Source of the DNA: Lingula anatina
Lineage: Eukaryota; Animalia; Brachiopoda
Length of the DNA stretch: 64,000 bases
Assembly: GCA_051362555.1 (NCBI GenBank)
Contig: CM120649.1
Span: 8,742,001-8,806,000 of the forward strand
Reading direction: 5' to 3'
Shown: positions 25,166-38,883 of the stretch, one piece after another
Numbering within the stretch: position 1 is the stretch's first letter
Layout: every line of letters starts with the position of its first letter
Program-made: the position numbers and the translations under genes
Notes under the pieces: model-generated
What the model saw: the letters and a program-made list of their open reading frames with translations, nothing else
Told to the model about the DNA's origin: nothing
Databases searched by the model: none

Positions 25166-28100
25166 GCTTCAAGTGCGTAATTTTTTGCGCCCCACCCCCC
25201 TCGTTATATTTATTTATTATTTTTTCTGCATGGTTATCCCCACTCCTCACTATTATTCTGCCTCCTAGGTACTCTATTGATTTCGTTTTGATAATCATTC
25301 TCAATCAAGTTCAGAGTGCAAAGTTTTATGAGGTCTATAGTTTTGGGCCTTGTAGTTCTACTAATCTTAAAACAATGTAACACATAACGGGACTCGTTTG
25401 CAGAACTCAGTAAACTAACTCTTATGAGATTTTTTTTTCTTATGGAGCACATTTGGGTCCGTATGTACTGCTGCATAAAAATAAAATGTTAGATATACAT
25501 GTACAAACCTTATTCACCACAACTCTAGTGTTAGCTATTTACAGTGCTAGAACAATAGGCGACAACATGGTTTAATTGGGCTTCGTTAATAATAATAATA
25601 ACCTCATTCATTTGGGATGAAGGTCTATGGACAAAACAAAAAGGCTTGTTTGTACAATAACCTGATGATAACGTTTTTAAGACTAGGGAAAAACGCATCG
25701 TGTCCTCTCTAACACAATCCCACGACAGTGATACTATATTATGTAACCAGGTGAGCATTTTGGTGAGAGGTATTCAGATAGGACCAAGGTCAGGAGGAAG
25801 AGGAAGAAGCCTCACATGCCACATTGTCACACTTTCCACGCGTAGACTGATATTTTGGCACTGATGTAGTTTGTTGTAAGTACTGTATACATGTAGATGT
25901 TATAAGGCAACACTGATCGTTTTATAATGACGATATTTTATCAAAAAGTTTACATATCCCACTTCAGTCGTAATGGATCTCGGATATATTTTATTGACAT
26001 GAATGCCGAAATGAGCTTGAAAAGTTAAATAACTTCTTATGTTGGTTTTTCCAGAAGGAAAGCATTTGCTCATAGGGAAGTGAGAAGATTATTCCAGCCG
26101 TCCAAAGGTCTGAACTTGTTCTTCCGTCTTAAACAAAGCAAGACGACAAAGCAGCTAGGTAACTACCGGTACATTCTCAGCTCCCAATGGGTGCCTTTTT
26201 CATCTTACGATAGTGGCATGTACAAATATATCCTGTTTATTATAGTTAACTGACAAAAAACAGTGGTTTTCTACAGAACTAGCCGCGACCAGGAAAGAAA
26301 ACGTATATTTGCTAGGCACTGTCGACCTCTGTTGACTTCAATTTTCATGATTTGAATTTCATACCATCCTTGATAATACAATCTGAAATAAGATGCTTGA
26401 ACAAAGTATCTGATTTTAAAAGAAATTGAGCTAAAATGCTAGCGTTCGGATTACGAAATTATTTAAGTGGGTGAATTGGAATAAAGTAATTGGTAAAATT
26501 ATTATTTTGTCATTGACCAGTGTTTTATGTTATCCTACAGAACCGAGACAATTTGAGACTACATTGTAACCCCCGACCCGGCATTTACAAAATCCTGAAT
26601 TATCATTATCAAAACTAAGCTTTCTGTCAAATGTTTACATTTATCTACTTTTAATTCCGCAAATATATAAAGTCCAAACACTGGTATCTTTTGTAACAGT
26701 TGGTATGCAGAGCAGCGTGATTGTATGGCCTGTTTTCTGTTTTTATGCTAAAATTATCTATGTGGGTAAATATGCAGTCTCCATGAAAATACTCTTCGTG
26801 GAAGGACATGGCTTAGCAGAGATAGAAAAAACAATAAGATTAGTATGTTGACTTGTAAAAGTGTGTACAGGGCATGCAATAGTAATAATGTCGTTATAAA
26901 GTGTGTCATTGTATAGAACGTGTAGGTTCAATTTACCTAGCATATAGCTATTCTTATAATATGATTTATATGTCTCTTAATGCAAACTGTAATGGATCGG
27001 TGTAAAGATTATATTTCACTTTAAAAAATATTAGATATGGTTTCTTGCATGTGGATTTCGTTTAATTTATTTCATTTTTCATTTACTTTCAGTATCTCGT
27101 TACAACCGTCTTACGATGAAATTGGACGCACTCCCAGCAAAGACATGAGATTCGTATTCGCCAGCGCCCGCAGCCATGTCAACTTTGTCTTGTGTTTGTC
27201 GTATAGTCAACTTGCAGGGTTGACATTTGATTTGAAATGTGATGTTTGCTTTGGGTTGTAATATTCTGCATCAAAACGTGTATCAGATGAAGTGTAGCGT
27301 GTAACGAGTGGTTTATTCGTGAAACTTCTAATAAAATGGACTAAATCCAAGCGTCAACCCTGCACGTTTCTGGTATATTACTATTCATGTGTAAATAAGC
27401 TGTAATACAGCACTCTATCAGCACACGATGTTTTTATTGTAATTTATATTTTTTGTTTATACCCACCAATAATCGAATCTGAAACAACACTTTTGAAGTT
27501 ATCCTAAAACAAAAAATCCCTTGCTTAAGTGATCTATGAAAATAAAATTAATTGCAAAATTATCATTAAGTGATGTGCAGGTAGAGCACTGTGCTAGTGC
27601 GACCGGTTTAATGTTTGGTTGTAAAATTATATGTGTGGGCAAATATGTAATAAGACGCTTTGTTATGCAATCGAAAATGCATTGATTTTAATGAAGCTAA
27701 CTTTAGAAAAAATAAGTCGTGACTCCATTACGTAAAATGCCCGAGTTTTATTGTGGGTTCATTGGAAAAAAAATGAACGAGATAAACTGTAAACGCTGGA
27801 ATCCAAATATGACACTTAAGAATTAACGGCAAAATGAAATCGTAAAATGTACTCAAGTTATTACAGAATTGCCCACACGTATTGAAACGGGTCTTTTTAA
27901 AATTGTGAAAATACGGTTATGATGCATGGTAAGAATCAACTTCCTCTGGTTCCCGGTGTTTTGATATACTAGTAGTGTGTCAGTGATAGACCCATAGTTT
28001 TATTGCTGGGATGGGGTAGAAATGTTTGTCTTTTCAGAAAATCAAACCAGGGGTTGGTTTAGTTTTTTTTTTTCGAAAGTTTTTTCTTGTTTAAAAAGGA

Positions 28101-29464
28101 AAATTAACTTTTTACCTTCATTACAAGGCGGATATACTCTCAAAGAGAAACTGTGAATAGTAGAAATTGTTTCCTTTTGCGTCTTTTGTCAATTAAAATA
28201 TATATGTAGGACTGGCATTTATCGCATCTTTTACAACTTGAACATTTAGAAATCCGTATCAAACCTGTATCAAAAACTACAGTTGCTGCAAAGCTCTGTT
28301 TTGGGGGTAATAGGTATTACCTAGTAATTAAACGAACTTTGTAAATCCTCTAAAACATGGAATTTTCTGTTAGTTGCCAATTTACTTTTTCTTTTGTGAA
28401 TTTTTTTGTCTAATCAAATATGTCAAAAATAAAAATTCTAAAAAAATCAGAAAAATGAAACTTTGATTGGTTAAAGTAAAAGATTTACACAAAATTTGAA
28501 GGTCAGTGTTTTATTTAATATTGATATTGTACTTGGTACTTTCTCTTTATTTTGGTCGGGATCAAGAGGAGATTAAAAATAAAAGGCCTGAGTAGGTGCC
28601 AGTCTTGCAGTGCTGTTGGGCTATATTTGCTGAGTGTTTCTTGATCACTGAACACCGGAGACCGTTGAGTTTTTTAGCATTTTCTGAGTAAATGTGCTTA
28701 GTTATTTTAAGTAAACTAGTTTTCGTACAACCTTTTCAATTTTGTTTACATACTGTTGTTAAAAATGACCATGTTTCATGCTGGTCTCGATTCGCACGAC
28801 GCATAAATTTAAGTGTTCACTCAAAATTGTGCCACCAAAAATATTATTTTAAGAGAAGAAAAAATGACGCACATTATCAGGTACATATTTATTTATCTAT
28901 GAAAAAAAGTCTCAAATTTACAGAATTGAATAATGTTTGACTGGTGTTTGTTTTTTGTGATCATCAGCATGGCGACATAGAGTAAGTTGTGGTGTCATGA
29001 GTGTGTACCCGCGTGCGGGGGGAACGCTTACATGAGATCATATGCATTTTGAATTTCGATACTGTTGCCACCTTTGAATTATGGATAAAAATGTCCGTTG
29101 GTAAAATTTTGGATCAGTCACAAGACAAATACTCCAATGTCAACTTTGAACGATGGCTGTTAAATACATCACGTCGAATCTTCAACTTTCTCTTTTAACA
29201 CTGGGCAAAAAAAAAACAAATTTTATGTTCTTTTTTAAAACCAAAACGATTGATCTTGAGCGACACTTCAAACTGCATAGAATCTCCCACACATTTAGTT
29301 GTAGGTAGTTGTATTTAAGATTGATTTACATCTCTAATTGTGCAGTCGTTATGAAAATTACTTTTTTTTATGTAGAGCCAAAACTTTATGTTCGGCTTTT
29401 GCCAACATCTGTATGGTGCAATTGCTTGTATATGTTATAATAAATATACATAAATGTTGTAAAC

Positions 29465-29920
29465 TGTGCAAAATGTCACGGGCTCATTCCTGACTTTTCT
29501 TTTCTTCAGCTCGACTCGAACCTTTGGTTACCATCTTGTTAGTCTTTTTTCAGCTCCTTGGTCTGTCGCCTTACCTATTGAGCCAAAGACTCAACTTGCT
29601 GTTTTCTCATTCTCATCATCCCTTGTAGTAGCTTAAGTTGTTTATTTGGGTTTATTTTTGCAAAAGGTAATTTGCTGGGACCTAGAAGCGCCAGGAATCG
29701 AACTGGGGACCTTCTGTCTCAGAGGCAAGCGCGTTACCTACTTCTCTAAGTGTTCCCACCCACCCTCCTCGGGTAGACTTTCTTCTTACAGTAACCGAAG
29801 AAAAATTTTGATAGCACCCCTTTGTAATTCCAAAGTGCCAGAACCAGGAATAGAACCCCAACCCCAGGCTACCACTGAGCCACGTAGCCATTCAGTAAAA
29901 ACGCTAAGACATTTTGTATA
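29465..29920 (-). mobile_element. Inverted-repeat-flanked element carrying three tRNA-like modules
   Basis: TGTGCAAAATGTC / GACATTTTGTATA ends; A-box/B-box modules at 29836-29888, 29685-29757, 29510-29592. Confidence 0.5.
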
Positions 29921-30269
29921 TTTAATAAGTATTTTTATTCAGAGAAATACAGATTGCTTTTATGTATTCAATTGTTTATAAAACATATATCTGTAAAACA
30001 TCATTGTCATTAGTCTATTTATTACTATATGTTTAAAAGGGTTCGAGTATCTGAAATATTATTATTGATATCTGTATTTAAACTCACAAGGTGTAACAAA
30101 TATAACATTCTTATCTATTCGACTTGACAAATAAACAATCTACCACACTAATGGCCTTATGTTTATTTGATCTTAATGACTCAAACAAAATATTTTAACA
30201 CTTTCGTCATGTTTGGCAAATAACATGTTAAAAGCCCTACGTAAAAATATATTCAGCGTTTACCCAGCT

Positions 30270-30436
30270 CAGGCCCGTAGCCAGCAATTTCAAAAGGGGG
30301 GTTCTTTTTCTGAAAAAGTGGACCTTTTTCCATAAAAACTTCGTGAACCTAAATCAAATTTTACCCAGAGTGGACCTTTTCCCACCAAAAGGGGCAGTTC
30401 TTTCGAACCCCCCGAACCCCCCTGGCTACAGGCCTG
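30270..30436. mobile_element. MITE with CAGGCCCGTAGCCAG / CTGGCTACAGGCCTG termini
   Basis: 15-bp near-perfect terminal inverted repeat. Confidence 0.8.
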
Positions 30437-32880
30437 CCTGAGCTGTTGAGAGAATAATAAACATTAGATTGTTAAAGGAATGTGAAATTGAAAAATATCC
30501 TACAAAAACTATTTAGAAAACAAACTACATGTACATGTTCACTTATGAGGACTGGGTTAAAATACAAGGAACATAGCACGATATTTCTCATAATTCCTAC
30601 ATCAATAGATAATTTGAAAAATCTCGTAGGAAATGTTTTGCAACCTTCTGAACATAAAATGTTCTAAATACGAGAAAATATCCCTAATTTATGCATCATC
30701 TGGTCAATAGAAGGAAAGATGCTGGTTAAGGAGGATTGCTGAAAAAAGTTAAATTTGGAAAATAAAACAGTTTTCATTCACATAAATGGTCCCATCATCT
30801 TTACCCAGATTCTGTATTTGTTCAACAGATTAATGGCAAAAATATCAGTTATTTTTCATGATAAAACGTGCCATATGTAAGAACTACGTTCAGAGATAAG
30901 TAAAACACGAAAGTAGTTTCTTTTCCATCATATGAAGGGTATTTACATGTACGAAATCGGCTTTTCAAGAAGGGATATTTCTCAAATGGAAATTTTTCTC
31001 AAATGGAAATTTCTTAATTTTACATACTTCACTTGTGACACAAAATAATCGATCTTGATTCGTAAAATGACATCTCTTACTCAACAAGACAGCAAATTTC
31101 AAGAGACGATAATCCTTTTTTCTCATCTGAACATTAAAAGAAAGACATGCAATGAGCGTCAGTCGATGCATTCTAGATTTCAGTCAATTTTGAGAATGAG
31201 ACTAAAGAATATACTCACGCCAGTAAAAAGAGAAATTAAGAATTCGACACCGGACTAGTAGAATTTATCAACAATTTCGATAATTAAGTGATATTATAGA
31301 AAAATATTTTACTTTAAACCGACATAAAATTTGCGTATTTTTGCGTACTTAATTCCCATCTAAACTAGAAAGTCACCCCCTGCCGTCTTGCTGAAGAATA
31401 CCACAAATAATATTATTTTACATGTCACGTGAGACAAACTTGACACTACGATAGTATAGAACATATTTCAATAAAGAACATATTTCAGTAGTATAGAACA
31501 TATTTCAATAAAGCAAGTTTTTAACTGATGACCATGCATTCTGATATATCATTATGTTTTAAATATGTTACATTTTATTCCTAAAAGACCTCAAATTCGT
31601 GATGCTATATTGAAAAAAAATAATAATAAAACACGTAAAAGACACCTTTGGACAAAGCCTTTTCAAATCCGTTGCAAACAGCATTTCGAGCATTTTTCGC
31701 CCCTTTTGCCTTGAAAGGTTGATATTATAATATGTCACGCAGAAATTAATACAGCTTCAATTTAGCTCACACATTTTAATAAAATGAAATATTATATATT
31801 AATTTAAGAAATCTTGTCAATATTCGAAATTGAAGTATTACTGTACACTGCTATAACCCCTTAATACTTGAATTATGTTCTTTACTTCGGAAATGAACAT
31901 TTGTTACTATACCTATATCAAATTTTATAATTCTACTACCAACCGCTCACTACCGGGTACATGTACGTGTAAATATCAACATGTCAATAGACAGACCCTC
32001 ACAAGTCATTTCACAGCATTTTCCCCTCCTTGGCCATTTCTCGCGTAAACTTCCACTGCCACTACTATTTCTACCGACGAATTTCAAAATACTGAACATG
32101 AAGTGCAACTGCGTCTTCCTTTGTTTTATGAGACGTGATGAGACGAAGTGAAGGAGAAAATAAATGGTGCGTGGGGGAAATTTTGTGAAATGATCAAAAC
32201 CACTCTTAAGCTTTTCAAAAATAATTCACAATTAATTTATCACCAAATACCTAACATTGATTTCTTAAACCTTTATATTAATTTGGCTGAAATTACGATA
32301 TTCGTATACTTAATATCTTGGCTGCCTTCGATTCACATCCTGACCACTCAGCACTGAGGAAGTGACGTCTCCTTCCAGGCTGTCCATCCCATTACATTCA
32401 TGGTAGGGGGAGGTGGCAGGTTTAAGTGGCCGCCTTTCCTTTTCAACTCTCACCAATATTTTACAGATGGAACTTCATTTGTGCTTTACAACATTAAAAA
32501 TACATTGGAGGAATTTGTGTTCAGTATATTTTAAAAAAATGCCAGAAGAAAATTAACCTGAGATCCTTATCAACCCCAAATTGAAACGACATTATTGAAA
32601 CGACACTGGCTATCGTCATATGACTCAATATGGTTCATTGATTTTAATATCCGAGCAGTTTTTGCTGTTTGACCAACTAGACCTTACAATAGCGCCATCT
32701 GGAGGTAAACAGAAATGCTGTAATGGGAAACTCGGTTCTTTCTTTGAGATTTATAATTTTATGAACATAAAATAAACAGTGAAATTTTGAATATACGATG
32801 CTTTAATGTTTTTTTTCTGTACAATTAAATATATTTTGATGTAATTTTCTCATCTTTGTTCATATGCTTTCATGAATGCA

Positions 32881-32916
<36 letters not shown>

Positions 32917-34605
32917 CGCATTCTCTACTGTTAGCAAATACACCAATCGAATGGCGATTTCGTACCATGCGATTAATGAATCAAAAAAATTCATCGCGTC
33001 TTTTAACCTAGGGAGACTCATATCATACCTATTTTAAAACAGTTGCACTGGCTCCCTGATAGAGCACGCATTTTATTCAAAATGTTAACTTTTAAGCATG
33101 CAGTTTTTTTAATAAAACTCAGATGATAACTAAAGCTGTCGAAGAGAGCCACGGCCCTCAGAAGTATAAATTTGAGCGGAAGAATACAAAGGAACACTTT
33201 ATTTGCGTAGTTTAAAATATGTATATTATCACTAGCTGGTGAAACACACTACATGTAGTGCGGTCTATTTTATCACAGGTGAGGTGAAAATAACTTAGCT
33301 TAAGCTTTGTTCATTGGAGAAAAATGATGAACTTCTGAGAGCTGTTTAAAAAAGAGATTAAAACCAAGTTTTCAGCTCACCTTATCTACACCTGAATGAA
33401 ATTGACAGTTATATAAACACACGTCAATCATTACACTGATAAGTTAATATAGGTGTAAAACAGTGACTACGCCAAAAGACAACGCGATATCTCCAGAGGT
33501 ATTGATGAATGGAAAATATTTTTTTTCTTTTTTTAGATTTACACATGTTCATTCGGCGCCAGTTTTAACTCGGCTGCTGGGATTATGTGATGGGAGGTTG
33601 CAATTGCAATTGCCAATACTTCCATGTACCAGTTAATAACCGGTTATTATGCACGAATGACAACAGTTTATTATACCACGCCAATATCCTCCAGTTATTT
33701 CAACAGGTCAGTACACACGTCTTCAACACATACAACACATACAGTCACATGATTATTCTGATACAACACTCAAATGACATTATATTTTATCTTATGAAAA
33801 AAATTAAATTTAAAGTGATTGTATTTTATTTCCCCGGGAAATTATATTTTAGCATAGGGGGCTCGGTCCATACGTAAAAACAATATACGCGATATATTCT
33901 GACGTCTGTCCTGTCTCAACATGGTTGTGACGACAACCACAGAATTGATGGAAATGTGCTAGATGTGACAAGCCGTTGACCACTGTAAATACGTACGTAC
34001 AGTAGGCCATAAAATCACCATTTATCTCACTAAAGAATATCATTAAAAGGTTTTTAATGAACGTCTCTTGGCAGGTTAGTTCCCCATCTACCGATCCGAA
34101 ATAACAGATCCTTCTATACAAATGTAGAATGAAGTTGTTCATATATCTGTAATAAGAAGTAATACTTGCAACGTATAATACCACAGTGCGAGACGGTGTG
34201 TTTTTCATTTGTGTCATACTACACTGTTTTACATTGCCAAGCAAAGAGAGACAATTTTATCCTGCGCCACCCTTCCTGTTTCAAAACAAAGTCAACAGAA
34301 TATAATTTGCAAAACCATATCATTTCTAACTTACTTTCGAACTGGTCATTGTAAGTGACGTCACATTCTACAAAAATGTTGCCTACCGCATTCAAAATGG
34401 ACATCTTTTTTTTTTTCAAATGAAAGTCAAAGAAATTACGTTGTAGCTTAATACCAAAATCTAACGTTAAATAAATCCTCTCTCGTGCGCACGCCCTCGC
34501 ATGCAAAAGCAATAAAGTCACAGACTACACCTGTTCCCTGTGCACCTACAGTAACTGTCATTTTTCATTGTTTCCTCAAATGTCAAAATACAACTTTGTA
34601 GCTAT

Positions 34606-34636
<31 letters not shown>

Positions 34637-35774
34637 TGAGAGAGACGTTTCTTTTACATTAAACTTGAACTGTAAATGCGCATAAAGCTTAAATTTTTCC
34701 TGTGAAAAATGTAATTTTATATAATCTGTGTCGACGATATATTTTTAAGGCTCTATTTGCCTTTCATATCGTAATTTTACTGGTTATAACAAGATAACAA
34801 CGATGACGAGGAATGTTCAGTGACTCAATAATATACATAAAAATCACGAATTATTCGATTTCACGAAAGTGAGATCTGGAGCACAGAGAGAAAGCCGTCT
34901 CCAAGACATACCCCCACCCACTCCATAATACCGTGTTTTCAGAATCATATACAGACTATGCCTCATTTTGAGAGTTCAGAACTAGAGGTCAAAATCTGGT
35001 ATTTGAATTTAACTCCTTTCATGCAGAAAACCCAATTATAACCATTGGTTTGAATGAATAGTAATAAAAAGTACTGAGTGAAACTATTTCTGGCAATCAA
35101 GTTAACATTCGTACCTGCTACGTCAGTCTTTGAATCAAAATGGATGTAAATAGTTTATACGTTTTTAATTATGGTCATTTAATTTGCATCAGTACTTGAA
35201 ATACACGTAAGGTAAAGCTTACACAAAAGGAGATCTAATGACAGAAGTCCAGTAACAGAAACATTCTTCCTCGTCTTAATACATATATGAACACATTAGT
35301 TGGGCCAAAGAGGGCAGTCCTGAGAAAGTTCCGTGCGTTTAATTTTTAAAATTAAAATAGATCATGGTGAAATAAGAAATCTTAAACAAAATTTAATTTT
35401 GAAGGAATTAAATTTTGTTTTAATTAACACACATTTTATACATGTATGTACATTATGTAGAATACATATATATTTACTACTATCTCTGTGTCAGTTATTA
35501 AACTCATTACACAAATCTATCAGTTGCAGAAGATACAGGTATATCTAATTATGTCAATAACAATACCTTACGACATTTTGGAGGTGAAGATTGCCACTTT
35601 AAATGAAATTAAATTGGTGTCGGTAACTCATTCAAAATACAGAACATATAGACTAATACGAGTATCACTTAAACTTGCACAAAAGTATGAAAGCATCACG
35701 GAAGGATTATTGGGGATTGGGGGGGGGGGGGGGGGGAGGGGGGGGGGCCATCCGGGCACATTTACGTCTTAGAA

Positions 35775-35845
35775 GCACTCGAGCTTCAATGGAATAATTC
35801 TCGCCTGTCACGCGGGCAGTCCGTGTTTGATTCCCAACAGATGCA
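35775..35845 (+). pseudogene. tRNA-Gly(GCC)-derived pseudogene (anticodon now GTC)
   Basis: 71 nt, colinear with metazoan tRNA-Gly GCA..GGTTCAGTGGTAGAATTCTCGCCTGCCACGCGGG..CCCGGGTTCGATTCCCGGCC.ATGCA but with broken acceptor stem and B box. Confidence 0.75.
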
Positions 35846-36531
35846 AAATCTGTTAAACCGACAATTATTTGGAAAAAATGATGTGTATTAATCCTGTCTT
35901 TAGAAACGTATTCTTTGCACAAGGGAGTTTCCTTGGTAGAATACTTTATGGTACGGCAGCTATGGATATGTTTCTAAATGAATTCCTGGGTGGCAGGCTT
36001 TGTCAGTGATACGCTTTTATAACTGTTCTCTGATAACTACAAGAAACTTTTGTTATTTGTTCTAAAAACTGCTTATAAAAAAAAAAAGAAAGAACCAGAA
36101 ACAGACCTCTTTCAGGTTGTTTTACTTCGACCAAGTGTAGTATAGTTGTTCTCAAAAATTGCACATAGTTGGTGCCAAAATAAATCCTAATTAGCATGTG
36201 GCCCATCCTAAATGCATGGCTCAATTTTTGGGGCCCACCCCTAGCCTTTTAGTAGACAAAAAGAATGTAACCCACCCCTACTGATTCCGCCCCCCCCCCT
36301 CCCCCCTCTCCCCCCGATATATAGCAATTGCTTTTTATAAGCACCTCGATATTAGGAATCGTTAATTCATAAAAAGGTAAAGGGACACAGAATACATATA
36401 TAAATGATCTAACAGTGTGTAGAGTGTAAGCGTTGTCTGCCCACTGGATTATGGATACATGTAGAACACATTGGAGTAGAGGGAGGGGGGAGTACTCTCA
36501 GGACCTTCTGGCTGTTACTAAATTCATCCCA

Positions 36532-36684
36532 ATAGAAGTATATATATCAATGCACCTTGAAAGATCTACATTATAGTTGTTAAATACAATCCGAGCTTTC
36601 GGCCCCTGGACCTTCTTCGGGGATTAAAAATACTTCTATTTTTATCAAGATCTAGGCCCTATACGGTGAATCAACATGAATCCT
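36532..36684. mobile_element. Short Penelope-like element insertion (inverted pLTR fragment) with 13-bp TSD
   Basis: TAAATTCATCCCA at 36519-36531 and 36685-36697; internal inversion AATAGAAGTA / TACTTCTATT; contains hammerhead motif. Confidence 0.7.
36588..36625 (-). ncRNA. Minimal type I hammerhead ribozyme (core variant CCGAAGA)
   Basis: AATCC-CCGAAGA-A-GGTC CAGG GGCC-GAAA-GC-TC-GGATT: stem I, core, stem II, GAAA, palindromic AGCT stem III, UC cleavage site. Confidence 0.7.
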
Positions 36685-37369
36685 TAAATTCATCCCAGGA
36701 ACGAGTCGAGCTTTGGTTCGTAACAAGAAAAAAATTCCATTTGGTAGCTTCAATTAAATTTTTACTGATAAAAATATTATCGAATGATTTAATATCAAAA
36801 TAAAGGTTAATAAAAATCGCCACCTTTGGAATCTCTGGTTTGAGCATCACTTCCTGTCAGCTTTATTACTAAAGACAATCTAATTTGCATATAAGAGAAA
36901 AATGCAGTTTTTTGTTTGTTTTGGGTTCATTACACATTTTTTTCATAATTTTCAAATATAAATGTTCCTTTTTCACTGATACACTTATGAATATTTTATC
37001 AGTACGCGCAATTTATTAGTTGAAGTTCAATCATAAATAACCATCATATCCCAAGTGTATATGACGTAATCTCTCCCAGGTCATAAAAGTGGTAAAATAG
37101 CGATGATTGCCGCCCAGCTGGTGAAGTAGGTCAATTGCCTGTATAATACTGCCATACGATTATCGATTTTTTCTGGTGTGGAACATTTTAGGGGGAAGAC
37201 GGTGAGAGAACGTTATCAAGTTACCAAAAAATATTTGACATAAATGAAGTTACTGAAAGCAAAGTATATTGTGATATTTTATAAAGTTAAAAAAGAGTCC
37301 CAATTATTTAATTTCACAGTGTATAATTTTGCAGATATCGTGAGACATATGTATTTCATCTGCCTCTCC

Positions 37370-37717
37370 CTAAAATGGCGCTGACCGCGTTAACTCTTCA
37401 ACTCCCGGGAAACGCAGAGAATCCAGCGTGTTGTGACAGCATGAGAACCGATATGTAGACATAGGAGCTGGGGTGGATAAAGAGAGAGTTAACCCCCCCT
37501 CTCACACACACCCATTTTCCAATCAGCAGGGAGAGTATGTGGTGGACTAACATTGTAAACTTTCCCTCAGCTCCAGGGCGTATATAAAGATGAAAAGCTA
37601 TGTGCTTTCAACACTATCTCTACCCGGCAACCAAAGGCACTTCTTGAGAACAATAAGTGGGTCACTCGTAGTGGACAGTGGTCAACAAGTCAGGAAGATA
37701 GCACTAGGGACACTTAG
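37370..37717 (+). promoter_or_regulatory. Candidate Pol II promoter and non-coding first exon
   Basis: AAAATGGCG (YY1-like) 37372, CCAATCAG 37519, TATATAAA 37581-37588, donor TAG|GTAAAC at 37717/8. Confidence 0.45.
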
Positions 37718-37888
37718 GTAAACTGACCATTGGTGATGGGGTCATCAGTTGACTACAATACAGAGGTCACTGTTAGTGGGTTGTATTTGCATTTCATAGA
37801 TTTTGTATCAGTAGTTTGTATATGGTATCATAATCAGTAATTTAATACCCGTGTATATAAAGCCCAGTGAAAACAGAGGGAAGAGATA

Positions 37889-38199
37889 CAGGGGCGGATC
37901 CACAATTATTTAAAGGGGTAGGGTCCGTCTTTTAGGAATCACAGGCAGCGGATGCAAAGCCGACCCTCGACCCCCCCCCCCTCCTCATCCCTCATTGGCG
38001 TGGGGTTGGAACCCCACTGAAGGGTCTTGAAATTTTTTTGTATTTTAGAGGGCCAACGGTGCCATTTAGTATTGTTTGGAAATATGATTCAGCAAGTCGA
38101 AATTTTAATTTCAGAAAGGGACCATTGGTATGATTTTTTCCAGAAATCAAAGGGGGTCAGGACCCCACTGATACCCCCCCCCCCCCATATCCGCCACTG
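37889..38199. mobile_element. MITE, CAGGGGCGGATC family
   Basis: Same termini and internal similarity to 11885-12166. Confidence 0.8.
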
Positions 38200-38360
38200 A
38201 TTTTGGTTTAAGCAAGCCCCTAAGAAGAGGGAATCATTAAAAATGTTCAAATGTGTAAAAGCAATTGCAACAATGTAAATTTTGAAAAAAATACAGTATT
38301 TGGCAAATAATTTTGCAAAGAAGATACCACTTTGCTGAACGCAGTTTGCAGGTGGTAAGA

Positions 38361-38883
38361 CAGGGGCAGTTCCAGGATTTGAAGAGGGGGGGGCAGTTAT
38401 TTTTTTTCAAATTACAGGCCTTGGATTCGAAGCTGACCCTTGGCCCCCTTGCAGTAAGGTTCAGGACCTGCTGAAGGGCCCAAATATATTTTGGTGTTTT
38501 GGAGGGCAAAATCTGGCCATTTAGAATGGTTAAGAACTATAAATCAGCTAGTTTAAATTCCGATTTTGAGAGGGGGAAATTAGTGTTTTTTTTTTTTGTT
38601 TTTTTTTATGTAGAAACCGAAGGACCCCCCCAATCCCCCTCTAAGACCCCATTCCCATAGATTTTAGATCGATCTATCCCTGTGGGGAGTCTCACTAGAT
38701 TACTGTCAGCTTTGCCGGCTTAAGCGTCTGTCCCGCCTACTAAAAGCTGTAAGGGGGTAATTAACTATGGTACGCGCTCGGCTGACTGCAATTTAGCGTG
38801 AACCCCCAGGGAGTTAGGTTGATCTAAATCTAAATCTCTGGATCGATCTAAATCTCTGGGAATGCACCCTAAATCTACCACTG
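38361..38883. mobile_element. MITE, CAGGGGC family, interrupted near its 3' end
   Basis: CAGGGGCAGTTCCAGGATTT ... AAATCTACCACTG. Confidence 0.65.
38645..38869. mobile_element. Nested PIF/Harbinger-like MITE with TAA TSD
   Basis: Reverse complement of 21286-21499; TAA on both sides; removal restores host CCCCTCTAAATCTACCACTG. Confidence 0.8.
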
